A stretch of 64,000 nucleotides of DNA. It comes from an uncultured Verrucomicrobiae bacterium (GTDB taxonomy: Bacteria; Verrucomicrobiota; Verrucomicrobiia; Chthoniobacterales; UBA10450). The stretch spans positions 1,184,001-1,248,000 of the forward strand of contig CAVYXA010000001.1 of assembly GCA_963772365.1 (NCBI GenBank), written 5' to 3'. Positions 59,780-64,000 of the stretch are shown one piece after another. Numbering within the stretch: position 1 is the stretch's first letter; every line of letters starts with the position of its first letter. The notes below the pieces were generated by a model. The model did no database searches. It saw only the letters and a list, made by a program, of their open reading frames with translations, and was not told the DNA's origin. The translations under genes and the position numbers were made by a program.

Positions 59780-60057
59780 GTGCATACCTCGGGCTGCAGC
59801 GAGTCTAGTTCACGGTGCGTTTTTCGATTGGTTTGAATAGTCGAGTTCAGTCGCGCTTCTAACTTCCCTTTTGCAGTCCCGGAAAACGCGGGACGATGTT
59901 TACGCAGGAGTCATCACGCGATGTGGGTGGCTCTAGCCTTGAAGCGTTCGGATGGTAAGCGAAGCAGCGCGATCGGCTAGTCTGCTTCGTGAGAAGCTGG
60001 AGTTTCGGTAATTTTTAGAAATTAGCGCAGGCTTGCGCTTGGTTGTCGCGCCTACGC

Positions 60058-60200
60058 ATCTAACCAGACCAAGATGAGCGACCAGTGCAAAGTAAAGCGC
60101 GCGGCACGGCGCGGACGAGAATACCGAGCGGTGGGAAGGCTCGGGATAGACGGCCAAGCCGCGCAGGTAGCCGCCGTTCGCTCCCATCTCACGGTTATGC
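60058..60200 (-). other. Integron attC site (143 bp)
   Basis: Minus strand: GCATAAC-CGTGAGATGGGAGCGAAC...GTCGCTCATCTTGGTCTG-GTTAGAT. Confidence 0.78.
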
Positions 60201-60290
60201 GTCTTGCGCGTCATTAACAACAGCGTCAGCTTCAAAATCAATTAGCCACTCCGGATCATGGATGGAGTCGCGTTATCATCGTCATCGCCG
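60195..60290 (-). pseudogene. Decayed RidA/YjgF-like C-terminal remnant
   Basis: DPEWLIDFEADAVV...DA* ends in the R'' box; AMTMITRL lies just upstream in an adjacent frame. Confidence 0.45.
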
Positions 60291-60319
60291 ATATGCGAAA
60301 CGCTTTCGCTAACGTTCTC

Positions 60320-61264
60320 TCATTGCCGTAGATCTGTCGCTAGCATATTCATGCAGAAAGCTAGCTTCCACGCATCGCCATCTTTGACATAAACCGAGTT
60401 ACCGTGCACGGGCGGAACTTTTTCGCCGTAGCAGGTGCCGTCCGCCGTGCCCGTATGCATCAGCAGCCTGACGGTGGGCGAGAGCGCTGTGGCAACTCCA
60501 TCAGTCACGTCGACGCTCTTGATCTCGCAGATGGCACCGATCCAAGCTTTGATGGTGTCAGGCTTATTGCTGTAAGAGTTGCCGAAGATGTCGATAAACG
60601 AAAGGTCGGCGCTCGTTAGATCTTTGAGTTTCTGAGCGTCGTGCGCCTTCCAAGCTTCCCAAACGGATTTTTCCACGGCGACCAAAGCGTCGGTGCTTGG
60701 GTCGGTCGACGTGATCCCAGTTTCCTTGGCCGGCTGCGCAGGCGGCACCGTAGTTTTAGGCGAATCCTTGGGATCGATGATTGGGTTCTCGCCATGGAAC
60801 GCAGCCAGCCACTTGCCGCCGCCGCGAATCCAGATCGTGGCGGTCCGCGTCGGGCTCGGGATCTTCGCCGGTTTACCGTCCGCCGCCGTACACGTTCCGT
60901 CGCATGTGCTCCGATAGCTCAATACGTATGTGTCGGCGTCGATCTTTGCCATCCAAGGCTCGTCGAGGTTCCAGGTTTTAACATCACACTTGTTGCCAGC
61001 AATCATCTTCACGATGGCAGCCCTGTCCATCCGCTGCCCGCTTTGGCGCATGACGAACTTCTCGCTCAGTAAATTCTCGAAAAATTTCGCGTCACCTTTG
61101 CTGTAGGCTTCATCCGCCTGCTTTTCTAAAACCAGCAGTGTGTCGATTGTCGGTGACTGCGCGACAGAGTCAGAGGCATTACTACCGTTTTGGGCGTCCA
61201 CCCCGCTGTCCACAAAATAGGCCGAGGCTATCAACGTTAAAGTTAGCAGATTGTTCGGTTTCAT
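60320..61264 (-). CDS. Exported protein with tandem NTF2-like (DUF4440) domains, cassette-array gene
   Basis: Signal peptide; two repeats of LEK...EA...D....L and VW/VY..G..W.A. Confidence 0.8.
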   Translation of the reverse strand: MKPNNLLTLTLIASAYFVDSGVDAQNGSNASDSVAQSPTIDTLLVLEKQADEAYSKGDAKFFENLLSEKFVMRQSGQRMDRAAIVKMIAGNKCDVKTWNLDEPWMAKIDADTYVLSYRSTCDGTCTAADGKPAKIPSPTRTATIWIRGGGKWLAAFHGENPIIDPKDSPKTTVPPAQPAKETGITSTDPSTDALVAVEKSVWEAWKAHDAQKLKDLTSADLSFIDIFGNSYSNKPDTIKAWIGAICEIKSVDVTDGVATALSPTVRLLMHTGTADGTCYGEKVPPVHGNSVYVKDGDAWKLAFCMNMLATDLRQ

Positions 61265-61570
61265 AATTTTCTTTCTAGTTGAAAAGGTGCTTCCCGGCGG
61301 GAACCGCGGCATTTCATCTAACGAGAATAAGAAGAGCGACGGCGATCTTTGCAAAACAATACGGCGGGAGTGCGTGAGCGTGAAGACCTGAATCGCACTA
61401 GGGGAGCCGGGACCTTGGATGAAGTCCAAGCGAGCGCGCGCGTCGTGCCCGGTAGAAGTGTGGAAGTCATCAAGTCATCTCAAAAGTGGAAGCGTACAGC
61501 GGTCCGCCGTTCGCTCCATCGCCTAGATGGCATGTAAGGGTGCGGGCGAGTGGTTAAGCTCACCCGCACT

Positions 61571-62674
61571 ATGCAAAATACAATCGTTCATAACGAAGGG
61601 GCGACCTCACCCGAGGGCGCCGTTGGTAAAGTAAAGCTCCCGTGCTCGGTGATCAAGCTTGGACTGGACATGCACGCCCGGGTCTATGTGGTAGTGGCCC
61701 AATACGATCAGCTCTTGCCCAAGGCGCCTCGACGCTTTGCCCCTCCCGAGTTTGTTCCCTGGGTGGAAGCAGTGTTGCGAAGGGGTCACACGGTTCATGT
61801 GGTTTATGAGGCGTGCGGGTTTGGCTTCGGACTGTATCGGCAGTTGTGTGCCGCTGGAGCACATTGCTGCGTGATTGCGCCGCGCAAACTCGACGAACAG
61901 GGCACGGGAATAAAAACCGATCCGCGCGATGCTCTGACATTGTGTCAGCGGCTCTCGCGTTATGTGGAAGGCAACACCTGGGAACTGGCCGTGATTCGGG
62001 TGCCGAGCGAAGAAGAAGAACAGGCCCGGCATGTTTCGCGTCAGCGTGGCCAACTGGTGCATCATCGGCAGAAGCTCGAAGCCCAAGGGCGCTCGCTGCT
62101 AATCAATCACGCGCTGGCAGCGCCGGCTCATTGGTGGAAACAACAGACCTGGAGCCGATTGGGCAAACATCTGCCGGTCTGGATCAGGCTACGGCTGGAT
62201 GTGGCACGACCCGCTCTTTTGAGTTTAGAGGAGCAAATTAACGCCCTAACCAGTGAATTGGAAGCGGCGGCGGGGGCTTGCATACCGGCCGGGATCGGCA
62301 AACTCACCAGCGTGGTGCTCACTCGCGAGATCTGTAATTGGCACCGGTTTAACAATCGGCGCGCGATCAGTTCTTACACCGGACTGTGTCCCGGCGAGCG
62401 CAGCAGCGGGAGTAAACGAGTTCCGGGCAGTGTGACCAAACGAGGCAACCCGCGGCTAAGAGCCGCGCTGGTCGAGTGCGCCTGGCGCATGGTGCGTTTC
62501 CAGCCGCAATATCCACCAGTTAAAAAACGGCTCGCTATCCTGGCAAAGGACGCGCCCGCCACCGGCGCACAACGCAAAAAAGCCATCGTCGCTGTGGCCC
62601 GGCATTTGGCCGTCGATCTGTGGCGCGTGCACACCGGACGCTGTAGCGCAGCCCGGCTCGGCCTAATTAATTAA
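61571..62674 (+). CDS. IS110-family DEDD transposase/recombinase
   Basis: GLDMH, YEACG, KTDPRDA, YTGLCP.ERSSG, KRGNPRLR and AVARHLA motifs. Confidence 0.93.
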   Translation: MQNTIVHNEGATSPEGAVGKVKLPCSVIKLGLDMHARVYVVVAQYDQLLPKAPRRFAPPEFVPWVEAVLRRGHTVHVVYEACGFGFGLYRQLCAAGAHCCVIAPRKLDEQGTGIKTDPRDALTLCQRLSRYVEGNTWELAVIRVPSEEEEQARHVSRQRGQLVHHRQKLEAQGRSLLINHALAAPAHWWKQQTWSRLGKHLPVWIRLRLDVARPALLSLEEQINALTSELEAAAGACIPAGIGKLTSVVLTREICNWHRFNNRRAISSYTGLCPGERSSGSKRVPGSVTKRGNPRLRAALVECAWRMVRFQPQYPPVKKRLAILAKDAPATGAQRKKAIVAVARHLAVDLWRVHTGRCSAARLGLIN

Positions 62675-62960
62675 CTACTCAAGTTCGAGGGGAACAGTTT
62701 TGGAACGTGGCGCGTGTCCGGGATCTAACCTGAACCGTTAAAACGACGAGCTTCGTCGCTTTAGATTGGACCGCGCCAAAGTTCCGCTTCAGTCGAGACG
62801 GAATAAGTCACATTGCGCTGTCAAAATTAACATCGACATGCGCGGATAGGAGTATCAGCCGCTGAACAATCCAAAGCGCGCACCAAAAGCGGAAGCGTTC
62901 CTACCCAAGTTCAACCCCACAACCTGACAAACCAATGTAACCGTCATCCTCAAAACTTAT
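62675..62960 (+). ncRNA. Candidate seekRNA/bridge RNA region
   Basis: Structured non-coding region (stem 62702-62719 with 62768-62785) with short matches to the target flanks and the circle junction; boundaries unknown. Confidence 0.6.
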
Positions 62961-62996
62961 CTTTGACACCCTTCATAGGGGTTAGATGATTAGCTG

Positions 62997-63320
62997 TCAT
63001 AATCTCACGAGCTTTTCTTCTGCGAGTCTCTGAACGAACGGCAATTCAGACTCGACGATCCAGAACTCATCTGGCGTGTCATGAAATCCGGCGAGTTCGT
63101 CCCGGCCTCGCTTCAATTTGAAATCGCGCGTCGCACGGATGCGGGCGTTCGTGCACCAACTCGCGATGAGCTCGGGAAACTTCGAGCTCGGATAACGCTT
63201 GCGGTCTATGATGGCTGTCGTGCCATCGGAGTATTCCTGGAGCAAACGCCGCAAGACCGCTGAGTAACGTTTCGTACGAATGGCAATCACCTTCGGCGAC
63301 TCGCGACGCGTCCACATCAT
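62997..63320 (-). CDS. Hypothetical gene-cassette protein
   Basis: ATG overlaps the R' box of one attC; stop lies 9 bp before the next attC. Confidence 0.72.
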   Translation of the reverse strand: MMWTRRESPKVIAIRTKRYSAVLRRLLQEYSDGTTAIIDRKRYPSSKFPELIASWCTNARIRATRDFKLKRGRDELAGFHDTPDEFWIVESELPFVQRLAEEKLVRL

Positions 63321-63441
63321 CTAACGAGACACAAGATCAGCTACCGCGCCCGGGAGCGCGCGTGGCCGCAAGTTGAAGGTTCTAGCTACTCTCAGCGGGG
63401 AAGCAGAACGGGGCGCGGTTAGCTGCATCGCCTGGTTAGAC
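63319..63441 (-). other. Integron attC site (123 bp), intact
   Basis: Minus strand: GTCTAAC-CAGGCGATGCAGCTAACCGCGCC...GGCGCGGTAGCTGATCTTGTGTCTC-GTTAGAT. Confidence 0.9.
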
Positions 63442-63924
63442 CCCGTTACCATGCAGCGCGATGCGAGAAGGTGCCCACTTACCGGTGGTAACCTGCTTGC
63501 AAATCACGATCTCCCAAGACTCTGGCGACATCTTTCGTGTAAGCTCGACCGCGCGCGCCCATTCTGGTGTGCCAGGTCTGATAGAGTATGGCTGGTAGTC
63601 TTCGGGTCTCTGAGGCGCTTCCGATGCAAGCCACTTAACGTAAATCGTATATGCTTTCTTGTCCGAGTCGCTCATCTGAGCCCACGCGTCGTCAGGAACG
63701 AGCGCACGCAAAACATATTTTCGTGAGGACGGCTCTTCGACGACCTTCGGTGAGGCGAAAAACGAACTGCCGTCGTCGCCCGGGTCTGGATGCATCAGCG
63801 TGAATGCAAACGAAACCTTAAGACCCTGCTCGATGCGAGGATCCTTCTCCATAGCTCGCTGCAGGCGATCTTCGGCGCGAGCAAATACCGCCAGAGCTAG
63901 GAGTAGCGCGATGGGTAGCCTCAT
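63436..63924 (-). CDS. Hypothetical exported gene-cassette protein
   Basis: Signal peptide MRLPIALLLALAVFARA; TAA stop lies within the R'' box. Confidence 0.75.
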   Translation of the reverse strand: MRLPIALLLALAVFARAEDRLQRAMEKDPRIEQGLKVSFAFTLMHPDPGDDGSSFFASPKVVEEPSSRKYVLRALVPDDAWAQMSDSDKKAYTIYVKWLASEAPQRPEDYQPYSIRPGTPEWARAVELTRKMSPESWEIVICKQVTTGKWAPSRIALHGNGV

Positions 63925-64000
63925 AGAGGCTTCCCGTCGCGCTTTTCCCATCCGTCAATGTATCCAGCCTTGAAGCCGACTTTGTAGGCTTCAGATGCGT

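Larger units (their letters stand above)
61525..62979 (+). mobile_element. IS1111-type insertion sequence (IS110 family), 1455 bp
   Basis: No target duplication; sub-terminal IRs ATGTAAGGGTG (61532-61542) and CACCCTTCAT (62967-62976); long non-coding region downstream of the transposase. Confidence 0.88.
61316..62987 (-). other. attC site split by the IS (arms 61316-61524 and 62980-62987)
   Basis: Rejoined plus strand ATCTAACGAGAATAAG...CATCGCCT|GGTTAGAT matches the intact attC at 63319 (...CATCGCCTGGTTAGA). Confidence 0.88.

Noticed and set aside
59933..60312. ORFs of 102 aa and 75 aa across the last attC
   Set aside because: They span the attC palindrome and show no family motifs

Overview
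Bacterial chromosomal segment. The gene style and dense palindromic repeats suggest a soil Verrucomicrobiota (Chthoniobacterales-like) genome; this is an inference, not tested. The backbone is housekeeping: sdhAB, ispE, pyrF, lpxA, moeA, queE/queD, ftsK-rodZ-rimO, trxA, rplS-rnhB-yraN, purL-purF-purM, an HpnO-like aminotransferase and three tRNAs. Accessory content: (1) a ~9.2 kb integrase-less defence island at tRNA-Ser(GCT), bounded by repeats of the tRNA 3' end, with a type I R-M system whose hsdR has a single nonsense codon, two PemK/MazF-type TA modules and an antitoxin whose toxin has decayed; (2) a HicAB module flanked by a purely synonymous duplicate of the last 25 codons of an aldehyde dehydrogenase gene; (3) two REP-associated tyrosine transposases (one intact, one with a nonsense codon) and at least five REP-like families, several lying in frame inside LplA, FtsK and PurL or supplying start/stop codons; (4) a minus-strand integron-type cassette array at the right end with three attC sites. 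One attC is split by an IS1111-type (IS110 family) element whose downstream non-coding region has short matches to the target site and to the predicted circle junction, making it a candidate seekRNA/bridge RNA-guided recombinase. All calls were made by eye from the sequence and the ORF track; no searches or folding were run.
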